From a virus (lineage: Duplodnaviria > Caudoviricetes), in the IMG/VR virus record IMGVR_UViG_3300028914_001625, positions 18,751-82,750 of that record: DNA of 64,000 nt; one strand, given 5' to 3'. Of this stretch, positions 8,482 to 17,352 are shown in pieces. Every line of letters starts with the position of its first letter. The first letter of the stretch is position 1. The position numbers and the translations under genes were made by a program. A model generated the notes under the pieces. That model was not told the origin of the DNA. It saw only the letters and a list, made by a program, of their open reading frames with translations, and made no database searches.

Positions 8482-8826
8482 TTATTTTCCTTTCCTTTTA
8501 GCCATAGGAACGATATTGAAGTATCTGTTTCCATTGGCAGTTGAGTATGTTATCAGCACATCCTCACTATTCTCACAGTCGGGGTACTGTTTAAGATTAG
8601 CGGATAGCTGTGTGAATGCTTCATATAGCTCAGTTTTGGTCAGGTTCGGGTCCGAGGCAAGTACATCATTTGGAATCCAAAACTTCTTTCCAAATGCTTC
8701 TGCAACGCAGAAGTACTTTTTGGTGTCAACTTTACCGTCTGTATTTCCGAGCTTCATAAGAAGACCGAAAATGAACGGTGAAGCAAAGCAAAGAATGATA
8801 AATGCGAAGACAAAAACGACACCCAT
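8482..8826 (-). CDS. membrane-anchored hypothetical protein, 114 aa
   Basis: N-terminal hydrophobic helix; GGAG RBS. Confidence 0.8.
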   Translation of the reverse strand: MGVVFVFAFIILCFASPFIFGLLMKLGNTDGKVDTKKYFCVAEAFGKKFWIPNDVLASDPNLTKTELYEAFTQLSANLKQYPDCENSEDVLITYSTANGNRYFNIVPMAKRKGK

Positions 8827-8835
8827 CTTAATCTC

Positions 8836-9042
8836 CTAGTCTTGACATTCTTTGTTGATTTCGTATGCAGGCTGCGGTTCGGCAGGCACATCAATGCGCT
8901 TGACCTTTACGTCCTGCGGTGTGACGGTTGTGGTACCAATGCTTGCCACGATGATTTCCTTCATTGCATCGTATTCTTCATCGGTTGCTCCGTCGGGGAT
9001 TTCAAATTCACGAACGGCTGTGTATGTTACTTGAAACTTCAT
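8836..9042 (-). CDS. hypothetical protein, 68 aa
   Basis: ORF with AGGAG RBS. Confidence 0.75.
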   Translation of the reverse strand: MKFQVTYTAVREFEIPDGATDEEYDAMKEIIVASIGTTTVTPQDVKVKRIDVPAEPQPAYEINKECQD

Positions 9043-9062
9043 AGTGGTTTCTCCTTTAGTTG

Positions 9063-9431
9063 TTAAACGTTAAGTCCTGCTTTCAAGAATGTCTTAACAT
9101 CATCTTTGTCCATGATCGGCATAGCGTTAAGCATTCCTTCATAAGTGATAGTCGGTTGAGAAGTCGGGTTTTCCTCTTCCTTAAATGTTTCATAGTCAAA
9201 CGAACGGAGCATGTTGCCTTCTTCATCATAAAGATGGCAGCAATAGAAGTCAGTTGTCTCACATTCCTCAATCATTTCCTTTCGGAGAGAGGTTACAAAG
9301 TCAACATATTCTTCTTCATTCTCAATTACGCCTTCAGTGAAACGAAAATCTTTTTCTTTTGTCTTTCCATTGAAAATGGCGGTCTTGCCCGGGTTACCAC
9401 TCTTAGTTCTCAACAACTTGTATTTAAGCAT
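9063..9431 (-). CDS. hypothetical protein, 122 aa
   Basis: ORF, TAATG-coupled. Confidence 0.8.
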   Translation of the reverse strand: MLKYKLLRTKSGNPGKTAIFNGKTKEKDFRFTEGVIENEEEYVDFVTSLRKEMIEECETTDFYCCHLYDEEGNMLRSFDYETFKEEENPTSQPTITYEGMLNAMPIMDKDDVKTFLKAGLNV

Positions 9432-9556
9432 TACTTGTATCTCCTTTTGAGATTATCTATTCTAATCTCAGAAAGAATGTTCTTTTCACGTCTTACAAGT
9501 TTTGAAACAAGATAAATTCCAAAGCAAGCCGACACTATCTTCAAAATTCTTTTCAT
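9431..9556 (-). CDS. 41-aa peptide (MKRILKIVSACFGIYLVSKLVRREKNILSEIRIDNLKRRYK)
   Basis: Hand translation; TAATG overlaps at both ends; below the ORF-track cutoff. Confidence 0.7.
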   Translation of the reverse strand: MKRILKIVSACFGIYLVSKLVRREKNILSEIRIDNLKRRYK

Positions 9557-10224
9557 TATGCGTTATACTGCCTTAGTGACTGCATGATTTCAGCACGATG
9601 GGTCACTTTCGCCATAAGTCGCAGAATCAAAGATTCATAATCTTCACGAGCCTGACGACCTGCCGTGCTGCGTCTTCCTTTTTCTTTGATAATGTCTTTG
9701 AACTGCTTTCCGTCTGTCTTAATCTGCTTGAGAACTTCCTTAAGCTTGGCGTCCTGCCCTCTCCAGTACTGAATTTCATCAGCAAGAGTTTCAAGGTAAG
9801 CGTCAATGTCCTCTTCCGCAACGATCTTGTAGTTCTTCATGTCGCCACGAAGCCATTCATGGTCAGAGAAAGCACGCCAGACTCTTGCAGTTGCAGCGAG
9901 GGCGACCGGACACTTGAGATAAGTTGAACTTGCCTTGAGAGTACCTTCTCTCATGAAGTTCACGTCAATGTCTTCAAGTTTGAGAGCGACAAGTCCGGCT
10001 TCTTCTCTTCCATATTCATCAATAGAAGATGAGAAGACCTCTGCCTGTTCATAATCAAAGTCGCCACCTTTACGGCCGAACTTTTTAGAAAGACCGCAAC
10101 CCATAGTATCAAGAACTACGAGTTCATAGATATGACTACGGACAGAGACTTTGATGCGTCTTGCTTCCAGTCCATTTTTCTCACAGAAGTCAAGAAGTTT
10201 AGCGTTAAGAATTTCAAGTTTCAT
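9556..10224 (-). CDS. hypothetical protein with C-terminal coiled coil, 222 aa
   Basis: ORF with AGGAA RBS, downstream of the promoter. Confidence 0.85.
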   Translation of the reverse strand: MKLEILNAKLLDFCEKNGLEARRIKVSVRSHIYELVVLDTMGCGLSKKFGRKGGDFDYEQAEVFSSSIDEYGREEAGLVALKLEDIDVNFMREGTLKASSTYLKCPVALAATARVWRAFSDHEWLRGDMKNYKIVAEEDIDAYLETLADEIQYWRGQDAKLKEVLKQIKTDGKQFKDIIKEKGRRSTAGRQAREDYESLILRLMAKVTHRAEIMQSLRQYNA

Positions 10225-10243
10225 ATTCTGTTTCCTTTTTGAT

Positions 10244-10281
10244 TACGAATAAAAAATAACAACTTTGAAGAATTTTGGCAA
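10244..10281 (-). promoter_or_regulatory. sigma70-type promoter (TTGCCA-17-TATTTT)
   Basis: -35 at 10276-10281, -10 at 10253-10258, AGTTGT immediately before -10. Confidence 0.75.
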
Positions 10282-10372
10282 TCCATCCAGCCGCAAAATC
10301 TTATAAATCTTTCTCAAACAGATAATTTGCCAGAAAGCAAAGAATTATCACAATCTCGGGTTCTTAAAGAAA

Positions 10373-10407
10373 AAAGGTGCCCTTTCCGAGACAAAATGGG
10401 CACCTTT
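10373..10407 (-). terminator. intrinsic terminator
   Basis: AAAGGTGCCC/GGGCACCTTT arms; T-run follows on the minus strand. Confidence 0.75.
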
Positions 10408-10429
10408 ATTTCACAATTTTTAGGACTAA

Positions 10430-10729
10430 TTAAAGTCCAACGTTTTTAAGGTCCTCAGCGACTTCCTTCAAAGCCTTCTGATAACCCATGTTGAAAGCCT
10501 GTTCCTGCCAGTACTTTGTAGTAGCGTCAAGGACAGCGGAAACTTTCTTGTCATCTGCACCTTCATAAGCTGCCTTAAGAGCCTTGTCAGTCGGCAACTG
10601 GTTTGGATTCTTGAAAGCGCCTGCTTTCTGAAGGCGAAGATCAATGCGCTGCTTAACCTTACGGAAAGCACCAGCAACAAGTTCGTCAGAGTTAAGTGCA
10701 TCAAAAGATGCTGTTTCAAAACTATTCAT
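10430..10729 (-). CDS. hypothetical protein, 99 aa
   Basis: ORF with GAGG RBS, followed by terminator. Confidence 0.8.
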   Translation of the reverse strand: MNSFETASFDALNSDELVAGAFRKVKQRIDLRLQKAGAFKNPNQLPTDKALKAAYEGADDKKVSAVLDATTKYWQEQAFNMGYQKALKEVAEDLKNVGL

Positions 10730-10823
10730 ATTTACCTCACATTATAATGTTATTTGTCATTTCTATTTATCTCAATAAATTTGACGTAGAAAATATAACA
10801 ATTTATATGAGGAAATGAAGTTC

Positions 10824-11531
10824 TTAACAGTAATTCTTTCCGCAGTCTTTTATTTCGCCCTTCTTTAACTCACATTCAACGATCTGTCTAAGACCGTCAC
10901 AAATAGACCAAGACCAAACTGCCTCATTCTGATTCTGAGGTTTTGAATAAGTGTATGTAAGTCGGTCAAGGAAACGATAGCAGGCTAACTCGTCAGCGTT
11001 AGTAAGAATGTCAAACTTGCGCTTAAATTTTCTTAATGTCGTAGCAAGGTCGCCTTCTTTTGTCGTCGAGTTGAAGCGCTTGCTTTTGACATACTTACCA
11101 TCGTAATAGAACTCTGCATCAGAAAACTGCAAAGTGACCTTACTTCCTTTTCCAGTAAGTTCTTTCATTGAAGAAAGATACTCAATGTTTTGGATACGCC
11201 ACTTTCTTGTTACTGAATCTTCTCTCCGATAATACCATTCACGCAGTAAGTTGAGGCTTTGGTTGTCATTTGGGAAGACAGGCGGTTCTTCATCAATGAA
11301 GAAAAGGTTTATCGTTCCTTTGACAGCAGCCTTAATGGTGCTTGGAAAGTTGACTTCCATCCACGCAAGATACTTCTTGTCTTCGGATTCTTCATTTCTG
11401 TTATAGAGATAACACTTAAGGCCAGTTTCAAAGATCTTAAGCGTTTCTCCTAACAGTTCTACCTTCTTAAGGCCTATCTGTCCTCGCCTCATCAATGCGT
11501 CATAGCTTGCGAAACCGAGGATAGTTGACAT
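10824..11531 (-). CDS. hypothetical protein, 235 aa
   Basis: ORF abutting the upstream stop. Confidence 0.8.
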   Translation of the reverse strand: MSTILGFASYDALMRRGQIGLKKVELLGETLKIFETGLKCYLYNRNEESEDKKYLAWMEVNFPSTIKAAVKGTINLFFIDEEPPVFPNDNQSLNLLREWYYRREDSVTRKWRIQNIEYLSSMKELTGKGSKVTLQFSDAEFYYDGKYVKSKRFNSTTKEGDLATTLRKFKRKFDILTNADELACYRFLDRLTYTYSKPQNQNEAVWSWSICDGLRQIVECELKKGEIKDCGKNYC

Positions 11532-11912
11532 TTAGACCTCCCAATCATTTTCGTTGTTGATAACCTGAGTCGCTTGAACGATAATCTGTTCACGAGCCTT
11601 CTTATGGAGTTCATTGAAGAAGAACACAAGGGCTGGGTGAGCCATCTCAATGCAAGCGGAGTCAGGCAAGTAAGAGCAGATTTCTTTGATGTGACGAACA
11701 GAAACGGCTCCGCCCATTTCAAATGGTTCATCTTCTGACGGACGGTGGGCCTTTGCTTCTTTTTCCAACGCCGCCAATTCTCTGAAGTGAGCAATCTCCT
11801 TTCGTGCTTCTTCTTCCTGCTTGCGAAGTTCTTCAGGGTTCATACCCATCATACGGGCAAGCACTTCAAGTTTTCTTTTCTGTTCGTCAGTTAAGTCGTC
11901 GTTGTGAAACAT
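11532..11912 (-). CDS. hypothetical protein, 126 aa
   Basis: ORF with AGGA RBS. Confidence 0.8.
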   Translation of the reverse strand: MFHNDDLTDEQKRKLEVLARMMGMNPEELRKQEEEARKEIAHFRELAALEKEAKAHRPSEDEPFEMGGAVSVRHIKEICSYLPDSACIEMAHPALVFFFNELHKKAREQIIVQATQVINNENDWEV

Positions 11913-11922
11913 AGTTAATTCC

Positions 11923-12153
11923 TTATTTGTTAGGGCACTTAGGTACCTTTTGAATACAGACTTCCGGTTGAGCGATGCACTTGACGTTTGTCATAACATC
12001 TTCAACGATGCTACAGACAGTTACACCAAGAACAATCGTTATAAGTACTGCAATGATGATGACACAGACAGAACGAAACTCGTCTTCAGGGAAGCAGCGT
12101 TCAGCAAGATCACCAAGTTTGTCAAGAATAGTCTTTTCTTTTTGTTCAGCCAT
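11923..12153 (-). CDS. small membrane protein, 76 aa
   Basis: Central TM segment VCVIIIAVLITIVLGVTVC. Confidence 0.8.
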   Translation of the reverse strand: MAEQKEKTILDKLGDLAERCFPEDEFRSVCVIIIAVLITIVLGVTVCSIVEDVMTNVKCIAQPEVCIQKVPKCPNK

Positions 12154-12162
12154 GATTTTCCT

Positions 12163-12363
12163 TTAGTTGATTACGTAGTAAGTGTCTTCGGGCAAGATCG
12201 AGATACCGCCCCAAGTTCCAGAAATAGAACCGTCATCATTCACAGATGTAACTGTTCCAGTTTTTCCGATGAGACGCTTTTCGCTTTCATACATCGTGCC
12301 AGCAAAACCGCAGATCTTAATCTTGTCGCCGACTTTTGCTCTTGCGTCTTTCTTACTCGTCAT
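12163..12363 (-). CDS. small SH3-like/DUF4314-like protein, 66 aa
   Basis: KVGDKIKI...GKTGTVTSVNDDGSISGTWG pattern. Confidence 0.55.
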   Translation of the reverse strand: MTSKKDARAKVGDKIKICGFAGTMYESEKRLIGKTGTVTSVNDDGSISGTWGGISILPEDTYYVIN

Positions 12364-12709
12364 CTTTATACCCCAACTTTGTGCGACGAAGTGTCATCAA
12401 CTGTTCACGCTCATCAGCAGTAAGATTATCACGAGTAAGCAGCTCATCAATTTCTGTCTTGAACTGTGCTCGTGCCTTCGCTTTCTTGTTTACATCAAAC
12501 GCCCACATAACGCCGAGACCGATGTAACATAAAGCTAAGAAGAAACTGCCAGCGAAGATGAAGAGTGCAGCCATGACGATGTTCAGATAGAACATTATCT
12601 GTGCGTTTCGTTGCATCACCGCAAGGTTCTTTTTCTTGATATCTGTGACGATACCGTAGACGCAGAAGGCAATAAAGATAATTACCGCAATAGTGATAAT
12701 TGCATTCAT
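12353..12709 (-). CDS. membrane protein with about 3 TM segments, 118 aa
   Basis: Three hydrophobic stretches; GGA RBS. Confidence 0.8.
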   Translation of the reverse strand: MNAIITIAVIIFIAFCVYGIVTDIKKKNLAVMQRNAQIMFYLNIVMAALFIFAGSFFLALCYIGLGVMWAFDVNKKAKARAQFKTEIDELLTRDNLTADEREQLMTLRRTKLGYKDDE

Positions 12710-12712
12710 TGT

Positions 12713-12802
12713 TTACTTTCCTTTCTTGAGTTTGAGATAGGCAGAAAGAAACTCTTTCCAAGATTTGCCTTCCGCCAGTTTGATAAGTTCTTTAGTATTC
12801 AT
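12713..12802 (-). CDS. 29-aa basic peptide (MNTKELIKLAEGKSWKEFLSAYLKLKKGK)
   Basis: Hand translation; AAGGA RBS; fills the gap exactly. Confidence 0.6.
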   Translation of the reverse strand: MNTKELIKLAEGKSWKEFLSAYLKLKKGK

Positions 12803-12811
12803 ATTTTTCCT

Positions 12812-13066
12812 TTATCCCTTAGGATATGTTTTGATGAAGTGCATATTTATCGGCGAGTTAACATGCTTTTCAATGATTTCGTATCCGTCATCAAAGTACT
12901 TGCTGTTGTCGGCGACCTTCAGATTATAATCTCGTATGACCTTCTCAAGGAAAGCACGATCATCTGAAGAACCGCAGTCGTGATAAGAATAACAAGTAGG
13001 CGCCCCATCTGGACCGAAGTTCATGTGACGCGCTTGCAAGACGTAGTAAGTATCTGCATTAGGCAT
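12812..13066 (-). CDS. hypothetical protein (MPNADTYY...), 84 aa
   Basis: Start reassigned to ATG 13066 with AGGAG RBS. Confidence 0.75.
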   Translation of the reverse strand: MPNADTYYVLQARHMNFGPDGAPTCYSYHDCGSSDDRAFLEKVIRDYNLKVADNSKYFDDGYEIIEKHVNSPINMHFIKTYPKG

Positions 13067-13082
13067 AGTTTGTTTCTCCTGT

Positions 13083-13658
13083 TTACATTCCATTATATTC
13101 GTCAACCTTTGTGACATCTAAAACAGCGTCAACTTCAGTGCAGCCACCGCACCCATCATCCCATGACATCATGCAACAGTCGTCTTCTTCAGCATGTTTC
13201 AATTCATGCGGATAAATTGCTTGTGCATCAGGATCATCATTGATTTCTTGACATTCCTCTAAGACTACATCAAAATTCTCACGCATGGCCTTACATGCCT
13301 CAGCATAATCATCATAGAACTCGATTTCAGCGGCATCACTGTCGCCTGCGCCCATACCAAATGAGATACGAATAAACTGTTTATCAGTTTCAAAAACAAT
13401 GCCGTAAAGTTCGGGGCAGCCTTCATCAACCCAGAAAGGATCATCGTCTTCATTAAGATCAGCAGCCATCGTGCGCCAACAAGCAATAGCATTATCGGGA
13501 AGATCTCTTTGACGGTTGCCTTTTTCAATGTACTCAGGATCCTTGTCTTCAGTCATAGAGAGAAGCAAGCGCTTTACATCTTCTTCTGCTTCCTGAACTG
13601 TGTCATGCTTCTTAAACTGATAAATTCTACGAGCAGAATGAACAAGTGAATAAATCAT
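13083..13658 (-). CDS. hypothetical acidic protein, 191 aa
   Basis: ORF with AGGA RBS. Confidence 0.8.
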   Translation of the reverse strand: MIYSLVHSARRIYQFKKHDTVQEAEEDVKRLLLSMTEDKDPEYIEKGNRQRDLPDNAIACWRTMAADLNEDDDPFWVDEGCPELYGIVFETDKQFIRISFGMGAGDSDAAEIEFYDDYAEACKAMRENFDVVLEECQEINDDPDAQAIYPHELKHAEEDDCCMMSWDDGCGGCTEVDAVLDVTKVDEYNGM

Positions 13659-13674
13659 TTTAAGTTTCCTTTTA

Positions 13675-15006
13675 TTAGCAATCCCTCTTGTTTTCGTAAA
13701 CGAATTTCAAAATCGGGAAGCGGAGAGAGTAAGTTCCGTTCTGATTCTTGGTTTCTTCAAAGTACTGCACAGTGACAGTCTTGCCGATGATCTTGGAAGG
13801 ATCTTCATACCAAGCGATGCGCTGTTCCTTTGTGAGGCCAGAACCGACACGAACGGTATTTCCGCGGTGGGTGATAAGAAGAGCCTTAACACCTGTGTAC
13901 TTGACGTTTCCGAGGCCCGGTTCAGCAGTTGTCATTTCTGCAATTTCAACATCATTGACGACATATTCAGCGTCATCAAATTTCTTGACCTTGAGCAAGT
14001 TCTTGGAACGACCAGTTTCAAACGGAATGTCCTTGCGGAGCATGAAGCCTTCCCAATTTCCATCTTCAACATATTTGGTCCAGCGGTCAAAGTCTTCCTG
14101 AGACTTGATGAGTTCCTGTTTGAGAAGTTTGATTTCCTTGAACTTGTTTCCCTTCATCATCTTCTGCATCTGTTCATAACGAGCAGTGAAGTTTGCAGAC
14201 TTGGTCTCGCCATTAAATTCGGCAAGAGTGCAGAAGTCAAACATCTGATAGCAAGGATCTTCAATAGTCCAGTCCTTTCGCTTGATTTCCTTCATGATGG
14301 CTTGGAAGTCTTCATCGCCATTTTCGTCAACTTTACAAAGTTCGCCGTCGGTAACATAGTCACCGTCCGGAAGATCGCGGAGATACCAAGCAAGTGCGGG
14401 TTTCACCTTGTCAAGTGTTGTGAATTCTTTGTTTCCACGAGAGAGGAAGGTTACATTGACTTCGCCGTCTGCTTTGTGGCACATACCGACGCAGCGGGTG
14501 CCGTCGCATTTACGAGAAGCATAGAAAGTTCCGTCAATCGGGTTCACGCCTTTTGCCTTGTCAAGGTTGATGGCAAGAGTGACTTCAAACTTTTCGGGAA
14601 CACCAGATCCTGCAAGCTTAGCAAATGTGTCCTTAGAAAGACCGATCTTCAAATTGCGGTCAACAATGGCACATAGAATTTCCTGATCTTCTGCGACATA
14701 CTTAGTGATGATGTCAACAACAAGTTCAATGGCGTCATTGCCAGTAACTTCACGAGCCGCAAGTTTATCAAGCACCTTGTGGAACTTGTCGTAATTCTTT
14801 TCAAGAGTAAGTTCACCAGTGAGGAAAGGCGGAACTTCAAATTTCTTGACGTAATACATACGAGACTTATCGTATGTGTCATTGAAAATCTTGATGATGG
14901 TTTCCTTGACGCTTTCATCTTCGAGAGCTTGCTGCATCAGCGCAGTCTTGTCAGAGGAACCGGAGGTGGACTTGATAGAGTTAAAAATCTGGTGAATTTT
15001 AGTCAT
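13675..15006 (-). CDS. lig: ATP-dependent DNA ligase (T4 gp30-like)
   Basis: Motif I SRKCDGTRC, FLSRGNK, TDGEL, YQMFD, WEGFMLRK, LLKVKKF, OB domain ending SLRFPIL; start moved to ATG 15006 (AGGA RBS, below the promoter). Confidence 0.95.
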   Translation of the reverse strand: MTKIHQIFNSIKSTSGSSDKTALMQQALEDESVKETIIKIFNDTYDKSRMYYVKKFEVPPFLTGELTLEKNYDKFHKVLDKLAAREVTGNDAIELVVDIITKYVAEDQEILCAIVDRNLKIGLSKDTFAKLAGSGVPEKFEVTLAINLDKAKGVNPIDGTFYASRKCDGTRCVGMCHKADGEVNVTFLSRGNKEFTTLDKVKPALAWYLRDLPDGDYVTDGELCKVDENGDEDFQAIMKEIKRKDWTIEDPCYQMFDFCTLAEFNGETKSANFTARYEQMQKMMKGNKFKEIKLLKQELIKSQEDFDRWTKYVEDGNWEGFMLRKDIPFETGRSKNLLKVKKFDDAEYVVNDVEIAEMTTAEPGLGNVKYTGVKALLITHRGNTVRVGSGLTKEQRIAWYEDPSKIIGKTVTVQYFEETKNQNGTYSLRFPILKFVYENKRDC

Positions 15007-15036
15007 GGATTTTTCCTTTTGAAATTTTACGATATA

Positions 15037-15065
15037 AAAATAACAACTTTTGAAGCAAATGTCAA
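15037..15065 (-). promoter_or_regulatory. sigma70-type promoter (TTGACA-17-TATTTT)
   Basis: -35 at 15060-15065, -10 at 15037-15042. Confidence 0.8.
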
Positions 15066-15080
15066 TCGGTTTTATGCGAT

Positions 15081-15494
15081 TTATCTTTGTTCTTTCCATT
15101 CAGGCAAGTTGTGGCGCTTTCTGAAGTCTTCCACAATCGGAATCCACTTGTCGCAGAGAGCCTTTCTGTCTTTCCAATACTCAGGGTTGTTATCCAACTT
15201 ACTGACTACATTGGGTTGGTAGGAAAGTTTTATCTTAAACTCCATCGGACAGTCAGGATCCGGCCTGATGTACTTCGCTCTGATGTCCTGCAGCTCCGCT
15301 TGGAACGGGTTCCAAAGTTCATCGTCAAAGATTTTGACTGCTTCATTAAAGCGTCTCATATCTTCCGCACGTTCTTCAGGGTCTAAAGCGACTTTCATGA
15401 AAGGATCAGTCATGTCGCAGTGAGTATCTATCAGCAAGTGCTTGAGTTTGTGTGCCTGAACGTCTTCTTTAAGAGTGTCAATTTCCTGAGACAT
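15081..15494 (-). CDS. hypothetical protein, 137 aa
   Basis: ORF with GGAG RBS. Confidence 0.8.
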   Translation of the reverse strand: MSQEIDTLKEDVQAHKLKHLLIDTHCDMTDPFMKVALDPEERAEDMRRFNEAVKIFDDELWNPFQAELQDIRAKYIRPDPDCPMEFKIKLSYQPNVVSKLDNNPEYWKDRKALCDKWIPIVEDFRKRHNLPEWKEQR

Positions 15495-15506
15495 AAGTTT
15501 TTCTCC

Positions 15507-15722
15507 TTAATCGTCAATGTATTCAGGTTCTTTAGGTTTGACTGTCCCGAGTCTCACAAGAATGTCGTGAACTTCGTCTTCAAGGCGCAAGTATGCATTA
15601 AGCTTAGGAAGCAAGTTTCTGAGACAGTCTCTTGTATCTTCATATTCCAAGTGGCCGTCACGAAGTGCATAACTACATGCTTCCGAAATAGCGTCTATTT
15701 GCTTTCTGTTAAAATCAATCAT
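15507..15722 (-). CDS. hypothetical protein, 71 aa
   Basis: ORF in the operon. Confidence 0.75.
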   Translation of the reverse strand: MIDFNRKQIDAISEACSYALRDGHLEYEDTRDCLRNLLPKLNAYLRLEDEVHDILVRLGTVKPKEPEYIDD

Positions 15723-15725
15723 TTC

Positions 15726-15917
15726 TTAATACTCGATGACTTCGGGGTGAGCCGGAAGAAAGAGAATCTCATAATCATCCGGATAAGTAAGTGTATCAAG
15801 AACCTTCTGTGCTTCTTCTTCAGTATGAAAGCGAGCTCTCAACTTTTTGAGTTTCAAAGTGCGTTCAACAAAGACAAGGCCAATGTTCTTTGGGAGTTCT
15901 TTCTTCTTTCTTGCCAT
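15726..15917 (-). CDS. hypothetical protein (MARKKKELP...), 63 aa
   Basis: Start reassigned to ATG 15917, just after the upstream stop. Confidence 0.7.
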   Translation of the reverse strand: MARKKKELPKNIGLVFVERTLKLKKLRARFHTEEEAQKVLDTLTYPDDYEILFLPAHPEVIEY

Positions 15918-15918
15918 T

Positions 15919-16338
15919 TTACACCTTCCAATCAGAGGTTGCTTGAGCAATTTCTTGCTTTGTGATATTTTTACGGGAAAGAGCCTTAAGTTGGGCACCC
16001 CAAGCGTATTCGTCGCCGACTTTCTTAACGGAACCGTTTTCAACAGCGACTCGGACAAGCTGAGACGCATATTTCTTAAGTCGGTGAGAAAGAAGTTTGT
16101 CTTGTTTCGGAGTGACGCCGCCATGTTTCTTAGCATACTTGGCAATAGAAGTCAAAACCTTCGCATCAGCGTGGTTAAAACCTTTATTGTTGAAGACGTG
16201 GGTCATTTCATCAATGTATTCGCTGTCTGTCTGACGACGGGCAAGAATCTCAAGGGAACGAAGACGCATTTTCGGGGAAGTTTCAATCAAGTTGATGAAT
16301 GCGTTCTTTACATCTTTAATGTCAGTGATTTTAGCCAT
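15919..16338 (-). CDS. hypothetical basic protein, 139 aa
   Basis: ORF with GAGG RBS. Confidence 0.8.
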   Translation of the reverse strand: MAKITDIKDVKNAFINLIETSPKMRLRSLEILARRQTDSEYIDEMTHVFNNKGFNHADAKVLTSIAKYAKKHGGVTPKQDKLLSHRLKKYASQLVRVAVENGSVKKVGDEYAWGAQLKALSRKNITKQEIAQATSDWKV

Positions 16339-16708
16339 AGAAGTTCCTCATTGGAATGTAAGCAACGGTTGAAGGGTCACAGAAATACTTGCCGCAAGCG
16401 GAAGTTGAGCGGACAGTCGCATATCTTTCACCATCAGATGTGGTGAGAAAGACGATATAGTCTCTGTCCATTTCAAGGTCTTGACAAATTTCTCGCGCTT
16501 TGATGTCAATAATTTCGCATTTGTGCAAGTCAAGATAGGCATACTCTTCATATTCACCGACCTGCAGGCCATGGTTCTTCCAAGTCTTGTAGTCCATAGC
16601 CCAGTCGCGGTAGCCTTTCTTACCCTTGTAGAAGAGGATAAAGTCCTCGTGCGACGGACGCTCTTTTTGATAAGCGTTTTTGTAAGTGTCATCAAAGTGC
16701 TTAGTCAT
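16331..16708 (-). CDS. hypothetical protein, ~125 aa
   Basis: ORF; start 16708 or 16714. Confidence 0.75.
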   Translation of the reverse strand: MTKHFDDTYKNAYQKERPSHEDFILFYKGKKGYRDWAMDYKTWKNHGLQVGEYEEYAYLDLHKCEIIDIKAREICQDLEMDRDYIVFLTTSDGERYATVRSTSACGKYFCDPSTVAYIPMRNFYG

Positions 16709-16710
16709 TA

Positions 16711-16902
16711 TCAATCCTCAGAAAGAAGACTTTCTGTCTCGTCTAAGCAGTCAGAGCAAATGTTGTCAAAACTGCGATAGTTTCTTTCTTCATAATCTTG
16801 TTGAACTCTTTCATCATACCCGTTGTCAGCGATTTCGTCAACATAATAACATTTCGATGATCGGCAGCCACAAGCGGCGCAAGTTCCAAAGTGCATATTC
16901 AA
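16711..16902 (-). CDS. small Cys-rich (zinc-ribbon-like) protein, 63 aa
   Basis: CAACGC...C and CSDC; AGGAG RBS. Confidence 0.7.
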   Translation of the reverse strand: MNMHFGTCAACGCRSSKCYYVDEIADNGYDERVQQDYEERNYRSFDNICSDCLDETESLLSED

Positions 16903-16905
16903 CTC

Positions 16906-17136
16906 CTACTTGATAGTGATTTCGTCAAGGAAGATACAAACGGGTTCATTGCGGTCCGGGGCGAAAGGCGACAAATTCTTGTCAAAATCCGCCAGAGCGA
17001 CATCAACACAAGGAATGCCATGTTCCTCAGCGATTTTCTTGATGAACGGAGTTTTCGCTTCCCCGTGGTCAAGGTTGATGGGGCCAAGGTTTGAAAAATC
17101 ACCCAATTCCGGCTTTTGAAAATCCTTGTTTTTCAT
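16906..17136 (-). CDS. hypothetical protein (MKNKDFQK...), 76 aa
   Basis: Start reassigned to ATG 17136 (AGGA RBS) downstream of the promoter. Confidence 0.7.
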   Translation of the reverse strand: MKNKDFQKPELGDFSNLGPINLDHGEAKTPFIKKIAEEHGIPCVDVALADFDKNLSPFAPDRNEPVCIFLDEITIK

Positions 17137-17166
17137 TTTTGTTATTCCTTGTTGTTTTGTTTTGTT

Positions 17167-17204
17167 TACGTAGTAAAAATAACAACTTTCAAGGAATCCG
17201 TCAA
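17167..17204 (-). promoter_or_regulatory. sigma70-type promoter (TTGACG-17-TATTTT, then TACTACGTA)
   Basis: -35 at 17199-17204, -10 at 17176-17181. Confidence 0.8.
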
Positions 17205-17277
17205 TAGAAAAATCACAAAAATATGAAAAAGTGTAATAAATCACGAGATTCTTACAGACGGTCAATTATACAGAATA

Positions 17278-17299
17278 GCGAGATTCGTGGGAATCTCGC
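17278..17299. terminator. hairpin, probable terminator of the late gp14 operon
   Basis: Perfect GCGAGATTC-gtgg-GAATCTCGC. Confidence 0.6.
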
Positions 17300-17352
17300 G
17301 TGTTTTTGTGAAATTTGTGTAATAAAATTGCCGTTTTTGACCCGGAAAACGT

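Noticed and set aside
7258-8544. 428-aa + strand ORF antisense to the RNA ligase
   Set aside because: Same shadow effect; the minus-strand frame carries all ligase motifs. Most other + strand ORFs in the track outside 29.6-35.0 kb and 60.7-61.1 kb are rejected likewise.
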